From Alloascoidea hylecoeti (taxonomy: Eukaryota), in assembly GCA_001600815.1 (NCBI GenBank), contig BCKZ01000019.1, positions 249,981 to 313,980 on the forward strand: a DNA stretch of 64,000 nt, in the 5' to 3' direction. The notes under the pieces are model-generated. The model was given only the letters and a program-made list of their open reading frames with translations, was not told the origin of the DNA and did not search any database. Both the position numbers and the translations under genes were made by a program. Shown here in pieces: positions 12,688-23,206 of the stretch. Positions within the stretch are counted from its first letter, which is position 1. Each line of letters opens with the position of its first letter.

Positions 12688-14169
12688 CGCTTAATTTATA
12701 AAGGCTAACGAAGATAATCATAATTAATAATATTTAATATAAATCATATGTATCATACTATAGTATAATAATATTTCATAATCGTACAACTATTCACTGT
12801 TTGATCCAATTAAATTCCTGTATCACTTCATATCACCGAATATGTAATACATGGCTTGGCCGAAACTAAGTGTAAATGCTGTATAAACTGCATGATGACA
12901 TATTCTGCATCTGTGTGCCAACGTTTCCTATAATGTACGCCAAAATGCCATATGACCTCTTGTCGTTCAAGACAGGATGAACCAATTGGCGTCCAACATT
13001 TCCTTTTCTGTTGATCCCCACCTTCTTGGAACCTGTAATGAATATTCTGGGCCTTATTGAGATGTTTGCATGTGTGTGGGTGCTCGGTTAATATTCTTGT
13101 TACTTTTTAGATTGATGATTCGTTAAATTCACCAATTAATCTACAAAATTGATTTGAAATCCGTTGATATTTTCCAATGCAATTGATTAATATTAGAAAA
13201 AATGAATTAGAAAGCTCATAATCATAATTTTTTAATGTGATCGTAGCTGTAATTACACCTCCATGATTTCATTAATTGCAATGCTAAGGATAAGTGCAAT
13301 CTTGATAATCCCCATCATACCTGAATTAACTCTACCATTTAATTTTTCCAGTGAGTGTTTTACGGGGCTCAGGTACATACAGTAGATGAGCAGCCCTCGC
13401 AGAAATCGAATATTCTTTCATGAAATCGGCCAACCATTTCATATACCTGTATATTTTTTATCAGTCTCTTCGGCGGGACCTTCGTATACAATAGGCGTAT
13501 TTTTAGCCGGTTTAATTAAGTTTTTGAATGTTATATACCAGTTATTTTTTGAAACTCAAGAATTCAAGCCGTCTGTCATACGCAATGCATTGATCATGAT
13601 ATTGCTGCAAAATTTCTCTTCTACTCTATATTTTACAATAACATTGCAATGATCTGCCGAAGGAATAGCTTCATTTATTCGATATAAATTCTTCTATATC
13701 TCAACAGTTTGACCATAAGTAGAGTCAGACTCATATTCTTTTTATTATTATAACTATTAGGAGATCATACATTTTTGATGTATTAATATAGAATTGTTTG
13801 TTATAATACTCCATTTTCTCGTTGCATCAAAATGTAACGTTTTGCTTTGTTTTATTAAACTTTACGATTGGATGATTTTTATTTATTTATTATATATATA
13901 TATATCTATTGCTTAGGGAAGATGTGGGAATAACGAAGCTCTTTTGCAATCTTGTTATGGGATCCTTTAGAGTTCAGCCGTGCGAAAATAGTGTCACCTC
14001 TAACAAACTTTTTAGGAGACCAAACATGGTCAAGAAATGTGTACAAATTAATCTATTTGTTGTGGTTAAAGATCAATTTGAATATATATGTAATTATTTA
14101 CCTACATCATCAATATTAATTGCAATTTACTTTTCAAAATTCAAGGTATTAAAACAAGAAAAAAGAAAA

Positions 14170-15186
14170 TCATTTTCTTGAGGTATAAGTAGTGCGCAGA
14201 TATTCTAGCATTTTGTTATTATTTAAAGCATTCATTGCTGCTTTTCGTTCTCCCTTTTTTTGGCTGCTCGCTTCACCAATACCTAAAACTATATTATTTG
14301 CCGTTATCTCCATTCTCTTCATCGGTGAATTAATTGATGAAAGGCAAGTATATTTAGGTATTAAATTGTACTTCGCTAATATCTCATAGATTGTACTCTT
14401 TGCATTCAGATTAATTAAAATATCAGGAATTTGAGTATCCAAAGGTTGTGGCGCACCATTTTTCTGTTTAATTTGATTATTCGAAGTTTTGTTTTCACTT
14501 CTTTTTGCATTTTCTTGTTTTTTATTATTTTTACCTTTGGAATTTGAGTTTTTTGAGGGGTTTTGTTTCCTCTTATTTAGTAACGGCTCCATTAATTTAT
14601 TTAACCATGGTTGAATTCTATCATATGAATCATCTTCAAGATATAATCCTCCGATATATGATTCTATCAAATCTGCATAGATTTTTTCATTATGTTTGCC
14701 TTTATCAAGACATAATTTTGATTTCATTCTATTTTCTAATCCATATAAATGTGCCCATTCTATTAGTGTTTTATTATTAACAATACTTGATCTTGTTTTT
14801 GTTAATATACCTTCATCGACATGAGGGAATCTTTGATATATATTTAATGTTGTTAAATGATTAAGAATAGAATCACCAAGAAATTCAAGACGTTCATTAC
14901 TTAATTTGACCCTATTAACTTTACCATTAACGAAGGATTTATGTGTAAATGCTAAATCTCGAATTTTTGCATCCTTGATTTCGGGTAGTTTTGGCGGCCA
15001 TGAGTTATCTGTCTTATTCAATATAGGATCTTTCTTAGCCTTAGAGCTCTCTGTATTCATTTTAAGAAGTAAGTCAAGCTTCTTTGAAATTTCTTGAAAT
15101 TGTTCATTGATGTGCTCGAACTTTTCATTAATCTCAGATTTGAACTCTTCAAATTGAGGTAGATTAATGGGAGTTGATTCAACCAT
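14170..15186 (-). CDS. RNase III of the Rnt1/Dcr1 family with one dsRBD and a short N-terminus
   Basis: WPPKLPEI, HKS, NERLEFLGDSILN and YADLIESYIGG motifs; C-terminal dsRBD NAK…LGIG…AAMNAL…KML. Confidence 0.9.
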   Translation of the reverse strand: MVESTPINLPQFEEFKSEINEKFEHINEQFQEISKKLDLLLKMNTESSKAKKDPILNKTDNSWPPKLPEIKDAKIRDLAFTHKSFVNGKVNRVKLSNERLEFLGDSILNHLTTLNIYQRFPHVDEGILTKTRSSIVNNKTLIEWAHLYGLENRMKSKLCLDKGKHNEKIYADLIESYIGGLYLEDDSYDRIQPWLNKLMEPLLNKRKQNPSKNSNSKGKNNKKQENAKRSENKTSNNQIKQKNGAPQPLDTQIPDILINLNAKSTIYEILAKYNLIPKYTCLSSINSPMKRMEITANNIVLGIGEASSQKKGERKAAMNALNNNKMLEYLRTTYTSRK

Positions 15187-16380
15187 TTTATCTTATTTAC
15201 TTGCTCAAATTACTTGAGTTCGTAATGTGAGATATAATAATATCAATTCTGATAAATTTGGTAATAAATTATTAAGTAGTTAGTTAATTCTTTTGTGTGA
15301 ATATATACATGAACTATTTATCAACCTTTAATCTGGGTATACTCATAAAATTGAATTGGTTTGATTATAGGTTTTAGAGATATTTAAGTGCAATACCTAT
15401 CTGAACTACCTCGACTGTGTATCTTATTATGACTCTTATACGCCTATATATATTATGTGTCGATGGATAGTGCATAAATATAGGGATAGTTCCAATGATC
15501 GTCTTACTCTATAAATACCTCTACTCTTTTATTTATACACACTAACCGTACAATACATAAAATCTCAACAATATTATCAACATATGCCTATAGGGAGAGA
15601 ATTTCAGGTCACAAATGGTGTCGTTATGGCTACGGATATTCAGCCCAATTAGCAGATCCGAGATAAAATATCCTTCCGCAAAAGTCTCCAAATTATCTTT
15701 GAATTCATTGAATGCTATTTTTGCTGTTGGGGCCTTGATCTCATCAGCTGCTTGTTCAATAAAACATATTTCCAGACTTACGTGGAAGATCTTATATAAA
15801 TGTTCTTATTCTCCAACATGTCAGAATTGGAATTCGAAATACATGTACTATATGCCATTAGTATATGGTAAGAAATCTAAGGATCCTTTCCACAAAATTG
15901 ACGATATGAGGTATAAAGATTGGTGACTGAACATTAGTGTATCAAGTGTGCGATAATTTGTAGTCAAAATGGTCGAATATTTAGGGGAATTGAAGTGGAT
16001 TAATAAGATTGATAAATCGCCAAATAGTATCTTCGTGACCAAATAATAAGGCAAATAAGCGATTTAAGCTTTTCTAAACAAGATACCGAAATATTATTAC
16101 CACTCAACTTCTTTCTGTTAAAACTTGAAACACACCCACCAAATACTTCACCCAACTGCCACTCAATTCATAGTGGAAATGCTGCAAGTCAAGAATAAGA
16201 GACAGGCTATGGAAGATACTAAAGATCATGGGCATAAGGAGGTCAAGATAACCAAATGTTTAGATTCCAAAACAAGGGCTAATTATAACGGTTAAACTTG
16301 TATTGATTGTTTAGTAAATTCAATAGATTAGTTATTATACTTGTGATTTGTAAATATTAAATTCTAAGGAATAAAAAAAA

Positions 16381-17799
16381 TTATTCATGTATTTCTCTAA
16401 CTACTTTATCAATACTTCTTGCAAAATATTCAACATTATTTGAATTTAAACCAGCAAATGATATTTTCCCATCAATTGGCAAATAAACATGATATCTATC
16501 AACTAATACTTCAATTTGTTTTTCAGATAACCCAATATATGAAAATATTCCATTTTGATTTATTAAAAAATCCCATGAACCTGGTGTTTTTAATTCTTCT
16601 TGTAACCAACTTTTTAATAAATTTCTAATCGTCGATAATCTTTTTGAAATTATTTTTAAATCTTTTAACCATTGATTATATAAATTTTTATTTTTTAAAA
16701 TAATTGAAATTAATTTAATTCCAAATGATGGAGGATTTAAAAATTCATTTTTAATTAAATTTGATAATTGAAATTTTAAAGAATTTGAAATCATTTTATT
16801 TTCATATCCATTTTCTTCATTATTTTCATTATTTAATATAAAATGTAAAAAACCAGTTCTTTCACCATATAATCCAAAAATTTTCGAAAATGATTGACAT
16901 ATAATAAAATCAATTTTTTTTGATATAAAAAATTTAATAATCCAAGAATCTTTTAAAATTGAATTTCTCTTATTTGAAAAACCTTGAAATGCAATATCAA
17001 AAATTGGAAATAATTTTTTAATTTTAATTAATTTATAAATTTCAATCCATTGTAAATGTGATGGATCAATACCAGTTGGATTATGACAACAAGATTGTAA
17101 AATAATAATTGATTTATTTGGAATTTTTTTTAAATATTCAATCATTTTTCTAAAATCAAATGAATTTTTTAAGTTTGCATTATAATATGGATATTTTTCA
17201 ACTTTTAAACCAACTTTTTCAAATATTGGAATATGATTTATCCATGTTGGATCTGATACATAAACTTGTGCTTTATTATTTGTATCCGAATTTGAATTTG
17301 ATTGTGGTTCTGATTCTGATGATTCAAAGTCATAAAATTTTGATATGAACAATGCGGCCAAATGAATTGCACCAGTTCCTGATAATGTTTGAACACTTAC
17401 GGAATTTTTCGGAATCTCAATTTCAATATCATCATCACCATCATCATCTCCTTCTTCTTTATCATCTTCAACATCAATCTCATCTTCTTCATGAATTTTA
17501 ATCCCACATGCAATTTTTAAAGCTAAATTTCCAACATCATCTCCTAACCCCGAAATTGGTAAATATTCATGATTATTATTTTGATCATTTTCAATTAAAA
17601 ATTCTTTTGCCAATTGAATACTTTTAAAAACAATTGGTTTACCAAAATCATCACGATAAGAATTAATACATAAATTCACTTTATCAATTGAATCATCATA
17701 TTTATACTTTATAGCAAGTTTGAAATTAACATCTGGTGATGATGATGTATGTGACGTAATAACTGAATGGAAAACAGATTTTTCTTTTGTTAAAGTCAT
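16381..17799 (-). CDS. aspartate aminotransferase-like protein (class I PLP), divergent
   Basis: QTLSGTGA, PTWINH, HNPTGIDP and QSFSKIFGLYGERTG (PLP lysine) motifs; several catalytic substitutions (see findings). Confidence 0.85.
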   Translation of the reverse strand: MTLTKEKSVFHSVITSHTSSSPDVNFKLAIKYKYDDSIDKVNLCINSYRDDFGKPIVFKSIQLAKEFLIENDQNNNHEYLPISGLGDDVGNLALKIACGIKIHEEDEIDVEDDKEEGDDDGDDDIEIEIPKNSVSVQTLSGTGAIHLAALFISKFYDFESSESEPQSNSNSDTNNKAQVYVSDPTWINHIPIFEKVGLKVEKYPYYNANLKNSFDFRKMIEYLKKIPNKSIIILQSCCHNPTGIDPSHLQWIEIYKLIKIKKLFPIFDIAFQGFSNKRNSILKDSWIIKFFISKKIDFIICQSFSKIFGLYGERTGFLHFILNNENNEENGYENKMISNSLKFQLSNLIKNEFLNPPSFGIKLISIILKNKNLYNQWLKDLKIISKRLSTIRNLLKSWLQEELKTPGSWDFLINQNGIFSYIGLSEKQIEVLVDRYHVYLPIDGKISFAGLNSNNVEYFARSIDKVVREIHE

Positions 17800-18284
17800 T
17801 GTTTAATCAATTGATCAATTATTCAATTGAAATTTGAATTGAGAGAATGAAAAAAAAAAAAGACTTGGATAGTTTAAAATAAGAAGAAGATAAGGGGTAA
17901 GAAAAAGAAGAAATCGGAAAGGTAGATCCGATTCTAAAAATATCTGATGTTTATTGATCAATTGTGGTTATGCGGCCATACATAACAATTATAAACTTAA
18001 CAATTAGAAAAACATTAAATACTATAACTATAAATAATAAAAATTATAAACATGTTAATTTATATACTATTAATATAATGTATTATTAAATATTAAAACT
18101 TTCTCAAATATATATAATTATATAAACTTATTATATAAAATAAAGATATAAAGATAAAAACAGAATATAAAAGATTAAAATAAAAAGATAAAAGATAATT
18201 AATTTAAAATGTAAAAAATTGGAAGACAAACAATTAAAAATCAAAGACAAGTTTATAGCAATATTAATTAATTTTTATCAAAAA

Positions 18285-20198
18285 TTAATCTTCCATTGGT
18301 GCTTCATCTTCAAAACCATAATCACCTTCATCATCAACACCAGCATCTTGATATTGTTGGTATTCACTAACTAAATCATTCATATTTGATTCAGCTTCAG
18401 TAAATTCCATTTCATCCATACCTTCATCAGTATAAGAATATAAATAAGCCTTTCTTCTAAACATTGCACTAAATTGATCACCAATTCTTTTAAATAATTC
18501 TTGAATTGAAGTTGAATTACCAACAAATGTTGCGCTAATATCTAAATCAATTGGTGGTACAGAACAAACAGCAGTTTGAACATTATTTGGAATCCATTCA
18601 ACAAAATAACCAGTATTACGTGTTTGAACACTATACATTTGATCTTCAACTTCACGTACAGAAACTTTACCACGGAAAAATGTAGCAGCAGTTAAATATC
18701 TACCATTTCTTGGATCAGCAGCAGCCATCATATTTTTTGGATCAAATAATTGTTGAGTTAATTCAGGAACAGTTAAAGATCTAAATTGTTTTGAATGAGC
18801 AGCAGTTAATGGAGCATAACCAATCATAAAGAAATGTAAACGTGGGAATGGAACTAAATTAACTGCTAATTTTCTTAAATCTGAATTTAATTGACCAGGA
18901 TATCTCAATGATGTAGTTATACCAGACATTACAGAAGATACCAAATGATTTAAATCAACATAATCGGGTTGTTTTAATTTTAAAGTATGTTCACAAATAT
19001 CATATAATGCTTCATTATCAATACAAAAAGTTTCATCAGAATTTTCAACTAATTGATGAATTGATAAAGTTGCATTATATGGTTCAACAACAGTATCACT
19101 AACTTTTGGTGAAGGTAAAACAGAAAAAGTTGCCATCATTCTATCAGGATATTCTTCTCTAATTCTTGAAATTAATAAAGTACCCATACCAGAACCAGTA
19201 CCACCACCTAAAGAATGAGATAATTGGAAACCTTGTAAAGAATCACAATTTTCAGCTTCACGTCTAACGGCATCTAAAACAGAATCAACCAATTCAGCAC
19301 CTTCAGTATAATGACCTTTTGCCCATAAATTACCAGCAGATGCTTGACCATAAATTAAATTATCAGGACGGAATAAACTTCCATATGGACCAGAACGAAC
19401 ACCATCAATAGCACCAGGTTCTAAATCAATAAGTAAAGCACGTGGAACGTATTTTGAATCTTGAGCCTATTAAATTTTCATGAGTTAGAAACTGATCAAT
19501 CGATATTGTTGGAAATTAATGAATTTTGAATTTTGAATTTTGAATTTTGAATTTTGGCTTTTAAATTTTTAAATTTTCCGACCAGTCTTGTTCATTGGAA
19601 ATGGACACATACCTCATTAAAATAAACATTCAATCTCTCCTTTTGAAGCGGGGAACCATTAAATCTAAAAAACAAAAAAGATTGTTAATTTCCATCAACA
19701 TAGCCATTCAGATAAACATATGAGATTGTGTACTTACTTTCCAGTTTGATCAATGGCATGTTCGCCACAAAGTGTCTTCCTATATCAACCGTAACGTGTT
19801 AAAAACCCAATTATCTCCAATAGCAAGAGGAAAAACTAAGAATAATGATATTTACCAAAAAGCAGCACCCTTTAAAAATACGATATTAGTAAATTAATAA
19901 AATTATTATGAAATGGATGAATCAGATCAAGTGAAAAAAAAGCCTGTGGTTTTTGTAAACAAACAAAACAACCACACCAACATCAACACCGACAAAAAAA
20001 AAGGAATCCTCAAACAAGAAAAAGAAAACAGACATATCCATCAATACCAAAAAAAAATAAAAAATACTTACAACTTGGTTACCACATTGGCCAGCAGATA
20101 AATGAATCTATAGTTGAAAATTCAAGAAGGTTAGTATTCATACCAGATCGAATACATTAAATTAAAAACAAAAACATAAACCATACAATTTCTCTCAT
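18285..20198 (-). CDS. TUB2: beta-tubulin, 6 exons: 20187-20198, 20072-20107, 19856-19869, 19738-19779, 19613-19664, 18285-19466 (445 aa)
   Basis: Splicing at GT..AG sites restores [31 protein letters not shown]…; GGGTGSG signature; total length 1338 nt is in frame. Confidence 0.93.
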
Positions 20199-20623
20199 TT
20201 TTATAGTATAAAACGCGTAACGTAAAGGGTATCAATCAAAAATGTATTAATATTAATGTTTTTTGTAAAAATTAAGAAAAAGAGACTCCTTTTTTTCCTT
20301 TTTATTATTCCAAAAATATCCTCGAAGATCTGGAAAAAAAGGAGGAAAATGCAAATCCATTTTGTCAAAACAAACAACACCCAAACATCCGGGGTTGTCT
20401 GGGAAACGCCCCGGAAATACACTCCTCCAAGTTACGGCACGTTTACAATTTATATGGAAAAGTGTATTAATATTGGAATTAATTGAGAGACAAGAAGTTG
20501 TAACAATCCATATGCAAATAATATAAAATAAGATAAAATATAAGATAAAATATAAGATAAAATATAAGATAAAAAGTAAGTAAAAATAAAAATAAAATAA
20601 AAACATGAGAAAAATAAAATATA

Positions 20624-21840
20624 TCAATTAATAACCCTTCTGTCTTCTCCTTCAGGCTGATTTTGTGTCTGATTTCCATTTGCATTTTGAGTCGTAGCGC
20701 CTCTTCTTTCGCCTTTCCATTTCTCTTGCATCTTCATCTGTTCATACTGTATAACAGTCCAATCAAACAGACTTCCATAATAATTCTCTCTTTTATAAAA
20801 ATCATCAAATAATGTCTTTAAATATAAATAATCAGGGCGTGCATTGAAAGCCAATGATCGACAATAACTAATATATCTTTCAAATTCTTGTGGTAATCCT
20901 CTACACAAAGTAGCAACTGGAGTTGACATTTTTTTGTCCATTATTCGTTCATATTTTTGTTTTTTAGTATTTGCTTTGAGTCCTTGCCATGGTAATGAAC
21001 CTTTACAAAAATAAACAAGCATATAACCAAGTGATTCCATATCATCTCTTCTTGATTGTTCATAACCCATATGTGTATAAATACTAGCATATCTAGCTGT
21101 TCCTGTTAAGCTTTTATGTTCTCGATAAGGAATATGGACATTTGTTCTTGGATCTCGAAATCTTTTTGCTAATCCAAAATCAATAGCATAAACCTGTGTT
21201 GATCTTCTACCAACTCCAATTAAAAAATTATCTGGTTTAATATCTCGATGTATAAAACTTCTAACATGAATATATTCAATTAATTTTAAAAGTTGCAATG
21301 CTAATAAAACAACTGTTGATATTGAAAATTCTCGATTACAAAAGTTTAATAAATCTTCAAGTGATGGTCCTAATAAATCCATAACTAGGATATTATATCC
21401 TAATTCTGTTCCGTACCAGTGTATATTTGGTATTCCGGGGACTCCTGCAAGGGATTTGTATCTATAGTTCATTAGTCATGATTCATAAACCATAAAAGTA
21501 AATAAACATACACTTTGGCTTCATATTCCAACTGTGGATGCCTTGCACCCACTTTTTCTAACTTAACGGCAACTTCCTGGTCCCATAAGATATTACTCCC
21601 TTTAATCATATTAGAATCACCATAATCATCATACTCATCATATTTTATTCAAAATTCAAAACATACCAAGAAAAATCTCACCAAAAGAGCCACTACCGAG
21701 CTTGCGCTCAAGTCTATATTTATTACCTATAATCGTTTCCACCCTATAATCAACAATAAAAAGAAAACAAGATTTAAAACAATAGATTAGATTATGAATA
21801 TTTTTTTGGGGGTTAGTTGCTTTGTGTATAATACATACAT
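20624..21840 (-). CDS. casein kinase I, Hrr25/delta-type, 4 exons: 21839-21840, 21667-21743, 21512-21599, 20624-21461 (334 aa)
   Basis: Spliced product [25 protein letters not shown]…[11 protein letters not shown]…[10 protein letters not shown]…[11 protein letters not shown]; all three donors are GTATGT. Confidence 0.88.
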
Positions 21841-22698
21841 TTTCTGAATGGGGTGGGTTTTTAAAAAGGAGAAAAAGCAAATTTTAAAGAAAGAACACAG
21901 AGTGGCTTTTGTTTTTGTTTTTGAGTAGTGTTGTATGCATCCATCACCTCTACAACCTTACTAGTAGTAACGACAGCAAGAACTAAACTATTTTTATGTG
22001 CTCGGGCTCGAGACCTTTTTTGAACAACAAATGAAAATTTGCTAATTTCATACTTGTGTGTTTGTTGGTATTTTGCTATTTCATTACATTTTTTGTATTT
22101 TTTCATATTTTTTGTATTTTTTTTATATTTTTTAAGAAGTTCGATATTTTTTTACTTGTTATCCTTCGATCCGAATACACTTGAAATTACCCACCCATCA
22201 AGTGATAATCTAACGTTTATAACCAATACACTAAATTAATTTAATTAAATTTACGTTTATAATTATATTCAAAATCTATTCTAAAATAGAAAAGTTTTAG
22301 GTGATATATTACAATATTCATACCTATATTTTTCAATCTTCTAATTAATATTAATTATGAAATATCAAATGAAAGATTTTTTAATAAATAGTTCCAGGAG
22401 TAAGTAATATCTTTTTATTTTTTCTTTAATTTTTCTTTAGTTTTTCTTTAATTTTTCTTTAATTTTTTTTTAATTTTTTTCTTTCTTAAAATAATGATGA
22501 TAAAAAATATTCTTAATTTTGAAGGGGGAAGATAATAAATTAATGCATATGACAGACAGGTCAAAAAAAAAAATGCAAAGAAATCAAAACTCAAAAAATC
22601 AAAAAAAAAATTAAAAATGTTACAATTTTAGTTTAGTTGTCTTAAAATGTTGCTGCTTATTTCTGTTTCATAGTATTAATATATTCACTTTTATCATT

Positions 22699-23206
22699 TT
22701 AATGAATAATTTTCTTCATGAATTTCTTAAATGAAGCTCCTATTCTCTTAATTAAACAAGGTTTCTTTTCCTTTTCTTCATCATCTGATTTAACTTCTGT
22801 TTCTTCTTTAGCCGTTTCTGGTTCCTCTGTTGTTTCTTCTTCCTTTTTACCTTCTTCTTCATTAACTGCAGCTGAGGTTGAGGGCGTTTCTTCAATGGTG
22901 GTTTCATTGGAAACGACAGCAGGAGGTTCAGTAGTTAGTGTAGTAGATTTAGGAACTGATATTTCTTCATCTTTGATATCTGTTGTGTTTGTTTCAATTT
23001 TTGGCTCTGAGGTAGAAAGCTCAAGAGGTTTCTAATTTCATTTGAAATGTTAGTATAATGTAAATATACATATGATTAACTAGATCTAATGAAAGGAATG
23101 AAGAATAAATATAAACATTTACTTATTCTTTCCCCTTCAATCCAGCCTTTTCGTATAATCACTAATCACTTATTATAAAACTTACTGTTTCAGCAATGGC
23201 AGACAT
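22699..23206 (-). CDS. small acidic Glu/Thr-rich protein, 2 exons (23186-23206, 22699-23031), 117 aa, absent from the ORF track
   Basis: ATG TCT GCC ATT GCT GAA ACA|GTAAGT … TACTAAC … TTAG|AAA CCT; second exon is open for 110 codons to TAA. Confidence 0.75.

Noticed and set aside
17965..17985. GGTTATGCGGCCATAC resembling the 5S rRNA 5' end
   Set aside because: Similarity stops after about 15 nt and no 5S body follows
20201..20685. Short ORFs between TUB2 and the CK1 gene
   Set aside because: Arise from (ATAAGATAAAAT)n and other low-complexity intergenic sequence
22718..23035. 105-aa plus-strand Ser/Val-rich ORF
   Set aside because: Antisense shadow of the spliced minus-strand gene
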